A stretch of DNA of 63,743 nt, counting the filler, from Octopus bimaculoides (lineage: Eukaryota): assembly GCF_001194135.2 (NCBI RefSeq). It is 5 parts of 5 records of this genome, joined end to end, with 100 filler letters (N's around TTAATTAATTAA, not from the genome) between each part and the next. Parts side by side here need not be neighbours in the genome. Positions count along the whole stretch, not along the records: positions 19,619 to 39,571 come from NC_068995.1; positions 39,672 to 54,458 come from NC_068989.1; 3 more parts are not named here. The stretch is one strand, 5' to 3'. Position numbers and translations under genes: made by a program. Under the pieces are notes generated by a model. It saw only the letters and a program-made list of their open reading frames with translations, did no database searches and was not told the origin of the DNA. This document shows, in pieces, positions 34,920-49,429 of this stretch. Each line of letters starts with the position of its first letter. Positions within the stretch are counted from its first letter, which is position 1.

Positions 34920-36000
34920 TGGATCCTCTTCTCCGAGCAAACTTCATGATGATCTCTTTGATGTAACTACGGAGAAGGGTGAGGTGAGGAGATTTTGCGG
35001 AAATTTCAAATATTATTGGAATATATATTTTAGACCCAATTCAGAATAAATTCTACACCGTTAAGTGAGGAAATCTTCTGGTAGTCTATTAACTTCCAGA
35101 AATGCAAAAGGGCTTCTGGTATATAAGTTCCGGAAAAAACAGTCCAAACTGCTCGAATATTTAAATCTAAAAATTATTGAAGGTGTTTATTTCAAGGTTA
35201 TCAATTTCTTAGATTCAACCCTATGAATGAAAAAATACCAGCTATACGTAAAACGAAGTTATTCAATATTATATATAAACAATAATTAAAACCAGTCACC
35301 ATATATTCTTAGAACTATACCTAATAACATGAGCAACCAAATTTTGGCAATTTCGTATAACGAATACATCTTTGAATAGAGTAGCAGATATATGCAACGA
35401 TGTAGTAGTACATAGTAGTTTCAAAAAGAAATCATTTAATCATGCACATACTAATGGTAGGAACAGGAGCAGGAACACCTTGTGGTATAACCCACAGTTT
35501 CCGATAACTGTAAGTACACAGATAAGTCATATATGTTTCTATTATGTAAAAACCCTTATTCTCGGTGCACAAAAATACAGGAAAATCTCTAAAGCAAATT
35601 GACTTAAAATAAACATAAAAAGATTTTACCAATGACGAAGAATTTAAATCGCAAGAACATAACCGAGTAAGGAAAAGGAATTCTCAGTGTATGCTAGTCA
35701 ACAGAAAGCACATGCAGAAATCAGTTATATTTGCAGTTACTGGCAGATAAGACTGAGAAACAATTTAAGAGACGGCTATTTATATATCTAAAATATTTCA
35801 CAGAAAACTAAGCAAAAAATTAGTCACATGTTTTTTAAAATATTCTCCGCTCCATTAAATGTTGATTTTAGATACAGTTGCCTCTTAGATACAGTTGCCT
35901 CTTAGATACAGTTGCCTCTTAGATAAATAACAAGAAATCAAATGTTTTCAGACGTCTTGCACAACAGGAAAAGTTATTGATCATAAAAGAACAAAACTAA
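34920..36000 (+). mobile_element. Decayed PLE (RT through GIY-YIG)
   Basis: DLFDVTT..AEISNIIGIYILD, VINFLDSTL, RNRSRNTLWYNPQF, TEKQFKRRL. Confidence 0.7.
35870..35926. repeat. 17-bp tandem repeat x3 (tagatacagttgcctct)
   Basis: Directly visible. Confidence 0.92.
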
Positions 36001-36555
36001 ATATCAAAAAAGCAAAATAAATCTATTCATACTTTTATAGACGTTTGTAGAACGAGAACCACATAGATACAAAATAAAACATAACAACAAATGTGTACGA
36101 TTGAAACAGAATGAAAACGAAGATGTGTTTTCATTTGTGTCTTAAGACAAGTAGCGGCGTTACGAAACAGGAACTGAATAACCAAATTATGGTGAAACTT
36201 TCAGTAGGAATCTAAAGATAGATTATCGGGACAATTATGTATACACGCATGCATGTATGTATGTATGTATGTATGTATGCATGGATAGATGGATGGATGG
36301 ATGGATGGATGGATGGATGGATGGATGGATGGATGATATATATGTGATTATACGTATGTATGTTTGTGTATGTTTTCCTGTGTTTTTAATTAACTAAATT
36401 CTTCCTCTGAAGAAGAATTTAAGCAATTAATGATACATAGCACCGTCGTTGCAATGTAGATAACGGAAACCATGTTACATATTAAACTTCAGATAATCTT
36501 GCATATTTTTACTGTTCCGCTTACAGATCGTAATTGTAATGTGCGAATTAGTTGA

Positions 36556-36660
<105 letters not shown>

Positions 36661-36939
36661 TAATATGTCAGGATTCGTAGAAGATATCATCAGGCAAAAA
36701 TGTCTCAGTCAACACAAGCTTTTCAATAGTTTTCACTCAACTCTCATATTGAGTTCGCCATCAATAAATGTTCTACATTTATTCTAAACTATCTTTAAAA
36801 GAATAATTACAATTCAATACACACACACACAAATACACATAAACACACACACATATACACATGCACATACATGTGTATGTGTGTGTATATGCATTCCATA
36901 TATATATATATATGTGTGTGCGTATGTTGTCACTGTATG

Positions 36940-37060
<121 letters not shown>

Positions 37061-37831
37061 AGTGCATACAGTGACACATTCACACACATACACACATATA
37101 TATACACGCGTACACACGTGCTTTTATAATTATACATACTTCAAGCACGTACATATACACATCTTTACGCACTCACGCACACACACACACACTTATACAT
37201 ACACTTACACACATAAGTAGACGCTAACTAAACATATATATATCAATCTAATTCATTTATTTTATATTCCTTAAATATACAAAATGAAGAACCACAACAA
37301 TAAATTTTATGACAAAATCACCGTAATTAATTCTCGGATTTATTCACGAAACAATTTTATTTGATTTCACCAATAAACGTACCGACTTGTGTATAGACTC
37401 AATGATTTATTTATTTAGTATTCATTCATAGAATGCGTTGACTGTTAATTGCCGTTAATGAGGTCAGAATAACATCGCAACATATCCACAACTCGTGTAC
37501 CTTTCAGTAAATAAATAAATAATAAAGATTTGCTAATCGAAAGCGAGAAAATGTGGCAAGGCGGTTACAATACCAGTGATTGTAGGAGCACGCGGAATGA
37601 TCAAAAAAGGAACGGAAAATTATTTGAGGACGATCCCTGGCTTACCGTCCATGCAGGAAGTGCAAAAGACTGTCTTAACATGTATGTCACACGTATTGGG
37701 AAGAGCATTGTCACTGTGAATTTTCTTTCTTTTTCCCCCCTTTTATTTCATTTGTTTACTTACAGCTGATACTGTAGTACATCTCCAGCGTTAGAAGCTG
37801 TGCAAAGGCTATAATAATAATAATAATAATG

Positions 37832-37867
<36 letters not shown>

Positions 37868-37875
<8 letters not shown>

Positions 37876-38420
37876 CCTTTCTACTAAAGGCCTGAAAATC
37901 TTGAGGACGGGATAGTCGATTATATCAACTCCAGTACGTAATTGGTACATATTCTATCGACGCTGAAAAGGATGAAAAGCAAAGTCGAGACCTCGGCGGA
38001 ATTTGAACTCAGAACGTAAAGGCGGACTAAAGGATGCTAAGCATTTTGCCCGGCGTGCTTACGATTCTGCCATCTCGCCGCACTTTTAAGACACGAAATG
38101 CTGCAAAGCATTTTGCCCGACATGTTAACGATTATGCCAGCTCGTCGTCTTAATAATGCTAAGAATCCTTTCCACTAAAGGCACAAGGCCTGACATTTTG
38201 AGGGAAAGACTAGTCGGTTATATCGACCCACTAACGTAACTGGTATTTATTTTATCAACCCCGAAAAGGATGAAAGCAAAGTCAACCACGCTGGAATTTG
38301 AGCACTTAACGTAAAGACGGAGTAAATGCCGCTAAGCTTTTTTTCCAGTATGCAAACGATTTTGCCGGTTCACTGCTTCTTTTTGAGACGGTCAAAATGC
38401 CGCTAAGCATTTTGCCCGTA
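37868..38420 (-). mobile_element. Cluster of tandem full and partial SINE family D copies with an (AAT)n tail
   Basis: The block gcattttgcccg...aacgatt.tgcca.ctcg recurs 3-4 times. Confidence 0.88.
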
Positions 38421-38539
38421 AGAATTGTATCAGCTATTGACTAATATAACATTTTCCCACCTATTTATTTTTCGTCAGTGTTCCCTACATAAAACATATT
38501 AACTATTGACATCTTTGACTTATTTAATATCGATAGGCT

Positions 38540-38830
38540 TTCGTGGTGTTGCGCCAATAATTGTCAATCTTTGTTTGCTTATTTCTTGACTCTTTCATCG
38601 TTACTTTAACAAGTAGAGAGAAGGTTGTGATTCACTGAAGAGGTCGGAATAAGATCGAACATATCCAGAGTCAATCGAACCAAAGAATCCTTGTAGAAAC
38701 TCACCAACTCAATAAATGATTTAGGAAGACCATTGTCAAACTTTCTTCTCAGATTTCCGATTTTATCTATCACAAGCTAAACCTTCTTGATCTTGTGGTT
38801 AATCTTAAATACCGCTTAGTGTTTAAACCG
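38540..38830 (-). mobile_element. Possible PLE linker remnant
   Basis: IGNLRRKFDNGLPKSFIELV resembles PLE IRxxFxxxGFPxxFI. Confidence 0.3.
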
Positions 38831-39712
38831 CCACAGTTAATGACCATTGTTTCAGTCATTAATGGACTTGTTTCAGTCGTTTGACAGCAGCCATGCTGGA
38901 GCATCACCTTAAACTGGAGTACCGACTTAAGCTGTTTTAAGTGTCAGACATCCCTGAAAGAGAATTTCCTGCAAAGAAAGATATTTCAGCAATGACCATC
39001 CCGTTTGTCTTTTCCCAGATTTCATAACCCAGTTCTTTATCTTTTGTCTTTTATCTCTTTTTTTCTTTTCCACACGAAAAGAAAAATAAGGCTGGAGAGG
39101 AGATGCCTGTCAGACGGAATGTTTCGGAAAAGATGGAAGACTGTAGCAAGTTTGTTGAGTGTGAATGAAACCGTTTGAACAAGAACATAGGATATCTACC
39201 AGGTATTCAGTGTTGGAATGTGGTTTGTGGGGTCGGCCATGTCCCTCACTCCATTTTTGTTCATTCGATTATATGCTCAGCTATCATTATTTTTATCTTT
39301 CATTTCTTTCAGTCATTAGACTACGACCATGCTGGGGCGCCGCCTTTTTATTTAGTAGAGTGTAATCTGAGGGACGTTTGGTTGTTGTTTCAAGGTGGGT
39401 AAGTGAACATCTTCGTAGAAACCTTCAGGTGGTTACTACCTTGGAATAGTCTGACAAAAATCTGTCCTCTCCTTTCACCTCCAACACAAAATATTTCAGA
39501 AATGCCAATTGAAAGAGTAAAAGACCAACTTCAAACAAACACAGAGGAGGAGGAGGAGGAGGAGGAGGAGGNNNNNNNNNNNNNNNNNNNNNNNNNNNNN
39601 NNNNNNNNNNNNNNNTTAATTAATTAANNNNNNNNNNNNNNNNNNNNNNNNNNNNNNNNNNNNNNNNNNNNATATATATCATTTAATTGAATGCGACGCA
39701 TCTATTTCCAAG

Positions 39713-39796
<84 letters not shown>

Positions 39797-40895
39797 TTGT
39801 CGAAGCGTCTTATTCAATTTGCAATTATTATGTTATTCTCTTAGTTGTAAGTAAGTTGTAGACACAGATAAAGGGCATAATTCTATATCTTCTCTCACGA
39901 CAGACAATTTTAAAAGCTAAATTATATTTACATACATCAAACGCCTCTCTTTTTACAACCTATCACGAAAATTATCTACCGAAATAAGACATCATAGTGA
40001 CTAATATCTTTCATTAGAAAACATTTGCCTATTCCATTTACCCATCAACTTTTCTTCATTAGTCAATTATCAAACTTTACCTCTTTACAGTGACTTTGCA
40101 TAAAAGTACAAGAAACTTTTCTCTCGTGAATTTATAAAGAGAAATCACTCAACTAATCATTTCGTGCATTTCTTAGCAGTTTCTTATTACTTAAATAAAT
40201 ATCATATGTAATACTTAAATATCATATGTGATACGATGAAATCTTTGTCGTATTTTTCTTTTGCATTATAGGTGCACACATGGCTGTGTAGTTAAGAAGG
40301 TTTCTTTGCAACCATGTGGTTGGGGGTTGTGGTTGAGTCTCACTGCGCGGCACCTTGGACAAGTGTCCTCTAATATAGGGATGATCAACGCCTTCTGAGT
40401 AAATTTGGNNNNNNNNNNNNNNNNNNNNNNNNNNNNNNNNNNNNNNNNNNNNNNNNNNNNNNNNNNNNNNNNNNNNNNNNNNNNNNNNNNNNNNNNNNNN
40501 NNNNNNNNNNNNNNNNNNNNNNNNNNNNNNNNNNNNNNNNNNNNNNNNNNNNNNNNNNNNNNNNNNNNNNNNNNNNNNNNNNNNNNNNNNNNNNNNNNNN
40601 NNNNNNNNNNNNNNNNNNNNNNNNNNNNNNNNNNNNNNNNNNNNNNNNNNNNNNNNNNNNNNNNNNNNNNNNNNNNNNNNNNNNNNNNNNNNNNNNNNNN
40701 NNNNNNNNNNNNNNNNNNNNNNNNNNNNNNNNNNNNNNNNNNNNNNNNNNNNNNNNNNNNNNNNNNNNNNNNNNNNNNNNNNNNNNNNNNNNNNNNNNNN
40801 NNNNNNNNNNNNNNNNNNNNNNNNNNNNNNNNNNNNNNNNNNNNNNNNNNNNNNNNNNNNNNNNNNNNNNNNNNNNNNNNNNNNNNNNNNNNNNN

Positions 40896-40936
<41 letters not shown>

Positions 40937-41589
40937 TACATAGTGAAACTATTAAGAGTGAAAGAATAAAAGTGAAACAATATAAAAGTGAAACAATGTA
41001 AAATTGAAACTATCAATAACTTACTCCGTCGAAGGTTTCACTTTTATTCTTCGAGTTTTGAGCCGTAATATGGAACCACTGCCAATGCTACATTGTTTTA
41101 ATCCCCCAAAAATATATATGTTGACCCTACCATGTAAAATTTGATTTGATTTGGTTGATCTGTTTGAGAATGCATTGGGAACAGACAGAAATACAAAGGA
41201 ATGTATGTGTGTGTGTGTGTGTGTGTTGTGTATGCTAATTACTTCATCTTGTTAAATGTTAGACATTTCATTATTCATTGTTCACTCAAAATACTGAGTC
41301 ATGTTTACGCGTATGTTCCGAGATAGTTTTTAAGACCAGATGCTGATTTTTCAAGATCTAGAGCAAACATGGCAGGCAAAAATCAGCACCTCTACAGAAA
41401 AATTTTGTGTGTCTCTGGAATGACATTGCTGTGCATAAATCTTCGCAGTCTAGGATTGTTTGGAGTTTACCAATTTTGCTGCTCACAACACAAATATTAT
41501 ATTACGAACGTGAAAGTACAATATTGGTATGAAAAAACTATTTCTGTAAGAATGTGAGAGATTTCATGTGATAAATATAGCATGCTTTC

Positions 41590-41930
41590 GAAAAAGAAAA
41601 ATTGTGCCTGAGTAATACCATACGGCATTCAAAGGCCGTCTGCACTGATCTCAGGCCTCTACCACTTTCATTTCTTCTTAAGTAGAGCCTGTCAACATCA
41701 CTGTTTCTGTGGAAGTTCCCAGTTGTTGTCAGGATTTTGCGGGTTTTGATATCTATGGAGTGGATTTCCTCTACAGACCAATCAAGTATCCCAAATGTTG
41801 GGATCAGCACTGGTACTGCAAATGCATTGTGGGATATTGTTCTGTTGTAAGAGGAAAGTTCCAACTGCCATATTTTCCTAAGTCTGGTGTAATATTCTCG
41901 GGTCACTCTATTTTTATTCACAATGCCTTC
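41590..41930 (-). mobile_element. R4/Dong-type non-LTR retrotransposon RT thumb fragment
   Basis: EYYTRLRKIW...NAFAVPVL..TFGILDW..EEIHSIDIKTRKILT...H.NSDVDRLYL.R..SGRGL. Confidence 0.82.
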
Positions 41931-42741
41931 ATATAATACATTTTCATCTATGCCTAGGTAACATTCTTTGCGTAGAATGGGGGAGATGTATGTATGTATG
42001 TATGTATGTATGTATGTATGTCTATAGTAATCAAAGACTAAATAATTGTATTATGCTTCATTCTTTGCTTGGTTACTGTTACACTCTGTGAATAATGTAC
42101 CAGCCTATCAATTGTTGAATAACCTCGGATTTACAGTTTGTACCTACTTGTTACGTGGCATACCAAAACCATATGGATTACTACGCGGAGATGCTCAAAG
42201 TTGCTGATTTTGGATGAAAGAAAATACAGGAGAACTAGTTAATCATGATCTTATTCAACATATTTCACACGTACATACATACATATATAAAGAGACAGAC
42301 AGACAGACAGACAGACAAAGAGAGGGACAGAGACAGACGGAGAGACATAAGGGATTTTGTTTACTTATGTGGAACAAGAAGAAATTGCACTATAACACCT
42401 GCACTTCTGTTAAAAGTACTGAAGTCTCTGATGTATGGTTTTCATACGTAAGGTAAATTGAATTACACAATATCGACATCATTGTTTTGTTTAATCAGAT
42501 TTTTGGGCTGTTGTACAAAGCTGTGAATCGGATCATATGGGATCGTTTTGTTTTTACCTATTTGCCTTAGAGATAAACATATATTTATGTATGTACGTAT
42601 GTATGTACGTATGTGTAGAGACATATAAGTGAAATTAGAATCGAGATTCTCGTGCGTTGTATTATTTAGATACACACTAACACACACACACATATATATA
42701 TATATATACACTTTTGTGTTTACATATGTGTATAGATTTGA

Positions 42742-42780
<39 letters not shown>

Positions 42781-43329
42781 CATGCATGTACATACATACG
42801 TACAGATACGCAAGCACACACCCTTACGTGCGTTTATACACATATATATACATAAACATATGTATGTGTGTGCATGTATGCATGTATGTATGTATGTATG
42901 TATGTACGGTCGTTAGATTGCCAGATTCGTTATAACTTGTATGAGTATAATCTTCGCACATAAAAAATGTCTAGAAAACATCAGCCTATCAATTTATGAA
43001 GGCATCTATGCATGTACATATGCACTCAACATACGCACACGCAGAGACACATACAAACGCAGGTAAACACTCAGTTTGTGTGCTAAGTTAAAATTCCTTG
43101 AAAACATACACACAATTTCTTTGGAAATATGTAAAGGTCTTGTCTTATATCGTAAATGGAAATGTCAAAAGAGAAAACTATTTTTGTGCTGCTAAGGCAA
43201 AATTTATTCATACGTTAATTCATATGTGTATAACTAAACTGTAGTACATATGAAATTTCTCAAACGTACACTGTAAACATCTTTCTTTTTTTTTTTTTCG
43301 CTTCAGATAAGTGTATATATAAATATATG

Positions 43330-44130
43330 CTTTTGATTACTATTTCTCTATACCTTTGATAGCTAACCAGTCAATTTGAATTTTCCTTCATTTCTAATTG
43401 CAGTCACCAAACGTTTTTAATCGGGTAAGTCGTATAGCCTTTTACTGAATATCTGAAAGTGCAGGTATGCCTTGTATGCCCGTTTGAGAATGTATTTTCG
43501 GTTAGAGCGATATAATTTTTACTGTATGCTTTCTATTAAAGAATCTTATGTCCGATATAGCAAAGATATAGTGAGACACTTACCATGAAAGGAGGAAATT
43601 TAATATGAGCTAGAAGTGAGTGATTTTGTCTGTTCGTGCTTCTGAGATTTCTTCTATTCATTTTGCCTGTAGAGATAGCAAACTTTTTTTATATAACTAT
43701 GATTGAAATTTTTTTGTTAAGCAGCTTGTAGCATTTGTGATTAATTTGAAAATTTATTTGTATTATATTTAGAAAGGTCTGTAATACTGGAAATTATATT
43801 CAAGCTGATGGGAGATTGAACCAAATAATTTCCTTTTCCTGTGTTGCCTTATATATTATGATTAACAAAATATAAATTACTCTTAACACGAATTTTTTCC
43901 GTTAGATTCTCTAATTGCTTCAATTAAATTTTTTCTGAGATAATCCAGTTCATGGCTGGTCATATGGCGGGAAATTATTAGTCATCTCGTAACAAACTAA
44001 GTTTAATTAAATCTTTTTTTTTTTTCTTGCGAAAGAAATCTAATACAAGCAATGCTCTCAATAGAGTTGTTTGTGCCTTCATAGCCTGCCATTGCAAAAG
44101 AAGAATTTTTCCTGCTTCGATGGCACCAAA
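43330..44130 (-). mobile_element. Possible decayed PLE fragments
   Basis: ALTENTFSNGHTRHTCTFRYS (GLTENTFKxRYxxHxxxFR-like) near 43440-43510; FAMAGYEG near 44080-44110. Confidence 0.4.
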
Positions 44131-45006
44131 AGGAGCTTTTAAAAAAAGAAGCGAATTTCTAATATATAATTAGCATCATTAATTTAGTCAATATACTCGT
44201 GAACTCTGAGGTTTTGGTTTGAGAGGTTTGGTTATCGACGGATAAATTTATACAACATCAAACTGGAAAAATTGGCAAATAAACTCTTTGTTATANNNNN
44301 NNNNNNNNNNNNNNNNNNNNNNNNNNNNNNNNNNNNNNNNNNNNNNNNNNNNNNNNNNNNNNNNNNNNNNNNNNNNNNNNNNNNNNNNNNNNNNNNNNNN
44401 NNNNNNNNNNNNNNNNNNNNNNNNNNNNNNNNNNNNNNNNNNNNNNNNNNNNNNNNNNNNNNNNNNNNNNNNNNNNNNNNNNNNNNNNNNNNNNNNNNNN
44501 NNNNNNNNNNNNNNNNNNNNNNNNNNNNNNNNNNNNNNNNNNNNNNNNNNNNNNNNNNNNNNNNNNNNNNNNNNNNNNNNNNNNNNNNNNNNNNNNNNNN
44601 NNNNNNNNNNNNNNNNNNNNNNNNNNNNNNNNNNNNNNNNNNNNNNNNNNNNNNNNNNNNNNNNNNNNNNNNNNNNNNNNNNNNNNNNNNNNNNNNNNNN
44701 NNNNNNNNNNNNNNNNNNNNNNNNNNNNNNNNNNNNNNNNNNNNNNNNNNNNNNNNNNNNNNNNNNNNNNNNNNNNNNNNNNNNNNNNNNNNNNNNNNNN
44801 NNNNNNNNNNNNNNNNNNNNNNNNNNNNNNNNNNNNNNNNNNNNNNNNNNNNNNNNNNNNNNNNNNNNNNNNNNNNNNNNNNNNNNNNNNNNNNNNNNNN
44901 NNNNNNNNNNNNNNNNNNNNNNNNNNNNNNNNNNNNNNNNNNNNNNNNNNNNNNNNNNNNNNNNNNNNNNNNNNNNNNNNNNNNNNNNNNNNNNNNNNNN
45001 NNNNNN

Positions 45007-45065
<59 letters not shown>

Positions 45066-45384
45066 GTGTATCAGATTAACGTTGGAAGAGGTTGATGAGA
45101 GTTTAAATGAAACTGTTTGAGAAAACAATGATAAGATTTTGGAAATGTTAGAAGTAAAGTCACGTTAAACAAATGATTTATGCAAGGAGAATTAGGGATG
45201 CGTTGATATACGTAATGACTTAATGAAAGGTGGATGACATCACGCCAAGCAAAATAGTAGACATTGTGTTTAGAGTAATTTAGATAAGAAATGTAGTTTG
45301 GAATTCGAAAAAACACGAAATTTATCGAGGTTATTAGCATACTTGATTTCATATTGTTCTTATCGTATATTACGTTGCATCATG

Positions 45385-45445
<61 letters not shown>

Positions 45446-46152
45446 NNNNNNNNNNNNNNNNNNNNNNNNNNNNNNNNNNNNNNNNNNNNNNNNNNNNNNN
45501 NNNNNNNNNNNNNNNNNNNNNNNNNNNNNNNNNNNNNNNNNNNNNNNNNNNNNNNNNNNNNNNNNNNNNNNNNNNNNNNNNNNNNNNNNNNNNNNNNNNN
45601 NNNNNNNNNNNNNNNNNNNNNNNNNNNNNNNNNNNNNNNNNNNNNNNNNNNNNNNNNNNNNNNNNNNNNNNNNNNNNNNNNNNNNNNNNNNNNNNNNNNN
45701 NNNNNNNNNNNNNNNNNNNNNNNNNNNNNNNNNNNNNNNNNNNNNNNNNNNNNNNNNNNNNNNNNNNNNNNNNNNNNNNNNNNNNNNNNNNNNNNNNNNN
45801 NNNNNNNNNNNNNNNNNNNNNNNNNNNNNNNNNNNNNNNNNNNNNNNNNNNNNNNNNNNNNNNNNNNNNNNNNNNNNNNNNNNNNNNNNNNNNNNNNNNN
45901 NNNNNNNNNNNNNNNNNNNNNNNNNNNNNNNNNNNNNNNNNNNNNNNNNNNNNNNNNNNNNNNNNNNNNNNNNNNNNNNNNNNNNNNNNNNNNNNNNNNN
46001 NNNNNNNNNNNNNNNNNNNNNNNNNNNNNNNNNNNNNNNNNNNNNNNNNNNNNNNNNNNNNNNNNNNNNNNNNNNNNNNNNNNNNNNNNNNNNNNNNNNN
46101 NNNNNNNNNNNNNNNNNNNNNNNNNNNNNNNNNNNNNNNNNNNNNNNNNNNN

Positions 46153-46862
46153 TTTCACCTCTTTCACATCTGCAAATTCCGTACCACCAGCTTTCGTCAC
46201 CAGTGATGACCTTCGAAAAAAGGTCCGGATCAAATTCCAACAGTTCTTTCAGTTCATGACACGCATTCAGTCGTGACTGCTTTTGATCTTCCGTGAGCAA
46301 GCGAGGCACAAATTTCGCTGAAACACTTTTCATTCGCAATTCCTCGCCCAAAATGCGTTGGCAAGAGCACCAGGACACACCAGTCATATCAACAAGTTCA
46401 TCAGTTGTTCGAAGACTGTCCTCCAAGACCAGTTCATGAATTTTCATGTTTTCATTCGTTCGGGAGGTCGACGGTCACCTTGAACGAGGTTGGTCTTCAA
46501 GCTACAAGTAACCATTCCTAAAGAGTGGAAACCACTCATAAACTAGTGTTTTTTCTCATGGTAGCGTCCTTGTAAGCTATTTGAAGTATGGCAATTGTTT
46601 CGGCCGCCGTTATCCCCAACAGAAAACAGAATTTCACCGAAGCACGTTGTTCCTTCGTTTGAGCCACCGCAATAATCGACGAGCAGGGGAGAATCACTGC
46701 AAAACAAAGATGTACCACGTGGTTGTACGACTTCACCCGACGACGCCAGTCGGCAGACTGATGCCTGAGGGCCGCACTAAGTGGCTTCTAGCGGCGAAAG
46801 CCTGAACTACAACAGCTTTTGTCCCACAGAGAACATTTTCGGTTACTTTTGGGTACCTCCTC

Positions 46863-46863
<1 letters not shown>
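46153..46863 (-). mobile_element. Mariner transposon 5' half (3' part lost in the N gap)
   Basis: TIR cgaggaggtacccaaaagtaacc next to (TA)n; EQRASVKFCFLLG, KFVPRLLT and ITGDESW (first catalytic Asp). Confidence 0.93.
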
Positions 46864-46943
<80 letters not shown>

Positions 46944-47045
46944 AATATATATTTGTATATAGATAGATAGATAGATAGATATATAGATAGATGGATAGAT
47001 AGATAGATAGATATAGATATCTATATATATGTGCATATGTATATA

Positions 47046-47099
<54 letters not shown>

Positions 47100-47121
47100 T
47101 GTATGCATATAAATACATACG

Positions 47122-47152
<31 letters not shown>

Positions 47153-47255
47153 ATATATTTATATGCATGTATGTATATAAATACATACGTATATATATAC
47201 ATATATATATATACACACATATATGTGTGTTGTGTGCGTGTGAGTTGTGTTGTGT

Positions 47256-47287
<32 letters not shown>

Positions 47288-47894
47288 TGTGTGTATGTCT
47301 GTGTGTGTGTGTGCGCGCGCGTTGAAGCATTGAGTGATCTTTCAATTAATGCACAGTTCCTGTTTACAATGTTCCACACAGAAAAAGTATTAGATATTAA
47401 TCAACTAAAGCTGAAGACACTTGTCCAGGATGTCTCAGAATTTCTCAAGATCCTTGTATTTGTGCCTAATCAAAAATGTTCTAAAATTCCAAACTTATTG
47501 GTTCTGCGGAACCAAGTGTAATCCATAGATTACAATATGGCAATAGGATAAGAGTGGTAAGAAGGCAACTTGCGTTACTCTGTATATGTTATTGCATAAA
47601 TGATAGCGTTTTGTGTCGTGACAAAAGCGATATTTCGAATATCTGTTAGCTGAAGTAATTGTGTAGATTTTATCATTATCGTCAGCAGAATGTGAACAGA
47701 AGTATGCGTAGCATATAGTTCTGAGCATAACAACATATGAGATATGTACACTGATAGGAAATAGACATTAATGGGCGGTTAAAATGTTTGCTTAACAACA
47801 ACGTCTCGATCCTAATGCGTGGCAAATATCTTCCAGCATACACCTTGGTTTATCAGGGAAATTTGGTTTATGAAAACTTTGCAGAAATCCTACT

Positions 47895-47918
47895 CATACA
47901 CAATAGCCTCGAACACAT

Positions 47919-47953
<35 letters not shown>

Positions 47954-48319
47954 TACACACACACACACACACATACACACACAATAGCCTCCAACACACA
48001 CATATATACAAATCAGTAAGCAAACACACACATACGTACGCACATGCACGCGCACAGTTTACACATACACAAGAGCTTAATACACACACACATACACAAG
48101 AGCTTAATACACAAGCAAGCAGACACACACACACACACACACACACAGAAAGTGGCTCAGAGATTTCCACACACACACAATAGCCTCGAAAACACACACA
48201 TACAACAGCCTCGAACACACACACAAATCTGTAAGCAAGCACACATACGCACGTACATGCACACACTCAGTTTACACACACACAAGAGCTTAATACACAC
48301 TCACACATACAATCAAGCA

Positions 48320-48356
<37 letters not shown>

Positions 48357-48371
48357 TGGCTCAGAGATTTC
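47895..48371. repeat. Modular tandem duplication: short unique words separated by (CA)n
   Basis: The series caatagcctcgaa / aaatc.gtaagcaa / cagtttac / caagagcttaatac / caagcaagca / gaaagtggctcagagatttcc occurs twice. Confidence 0.85.
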
Positions 48372-48607
48372 CTCTTTGATGCTCGCGTCTACAGCAACCT
48401 CTTAGTACTTCCGGTCATTAACCATACTGTGACTGTTAGACTCACATGCGCTTCAATTTCTCCAGCTTTCTCTCTTCTGTTCTCTCTTTGTATTTCCTAT
48501 TTTCATAAGAAAAGCGAATATTCGAAACGTTAAAGACATTTCCTCCCCTATTTTCTGAACGTCAAACTAATACCAACTCATTGCTTATGTATTTTTCTTT
48601 AACTTTG

Positions 48608-48684
<77 letters not shown>

Positions 48685-49429
48685 GTTTCAAGGTACAGAA
48701 GCGTGAAAGATACTCACACATATACATACAAAGGCATATGCATGTTAAGTGCATGTATATACATACATATACACATACATTAGTATATAGGTTTTTAACT
48801 TATATATAATAATATATTGAAACTAGATTAAACAACGTCTGCTTAAGAACTGAATACAAACAGCAGTTAAAACTTTATCTTTTCATAAAAACACAAGCAA
48901 TTACCTCAAAGTTCCAGCGAAATTCAGTCTTTTTTAAAGTGCCAGTTTAATAAAGACTAATATTGGTAAATCTTTAAAATCACCATATATTGTATTAAAA
49001 AAATAACAGTTTGCGAGTATGTGTGCATGTGTTTATATTTGTGCTTCTATTTGTATATACTTACTCTTGGAAAGTTAGCGTTGTGTGAAAAAAATCGGAG
49101 CTTAGCCATTCGATATGGCTGAATTCATAACTAGCAAACTGGTATAAGTAACGGAATCGGTATGACTGATTAAAAGTCTAAAGATGTGCTCTCGATGATA
49201 CTACAGTTCAATGACAGAAATCAGTAAAAGAATATAAAGCAATTAAAGGATGAATATTTCATTTATTCCCACCAAATTATGAACTCTGAACCTGAGAGTT
49301 ATTTTCAAATTGTACAAAGGAAGGGCGTGTTGTATCTTTCTTTAGAGGTGCTATTTTGTTCAGGTGCTGTTTTACCCACATAAATGGGGAGATTAATCTA
49401 TTAATCTCAATGTTCCCTTTTGATCGTTA

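Noticed and set aside
37290-37360. GAAAC-aatt-TTA possible hammerhead
   Set aside because: Too many core mismatches and no convincing helix I.
47895-48371. CRISPR-like array
   Set aside because: Eukaryotic context, no constant-length palindromic repeat with unique spacers, and no cas genes.
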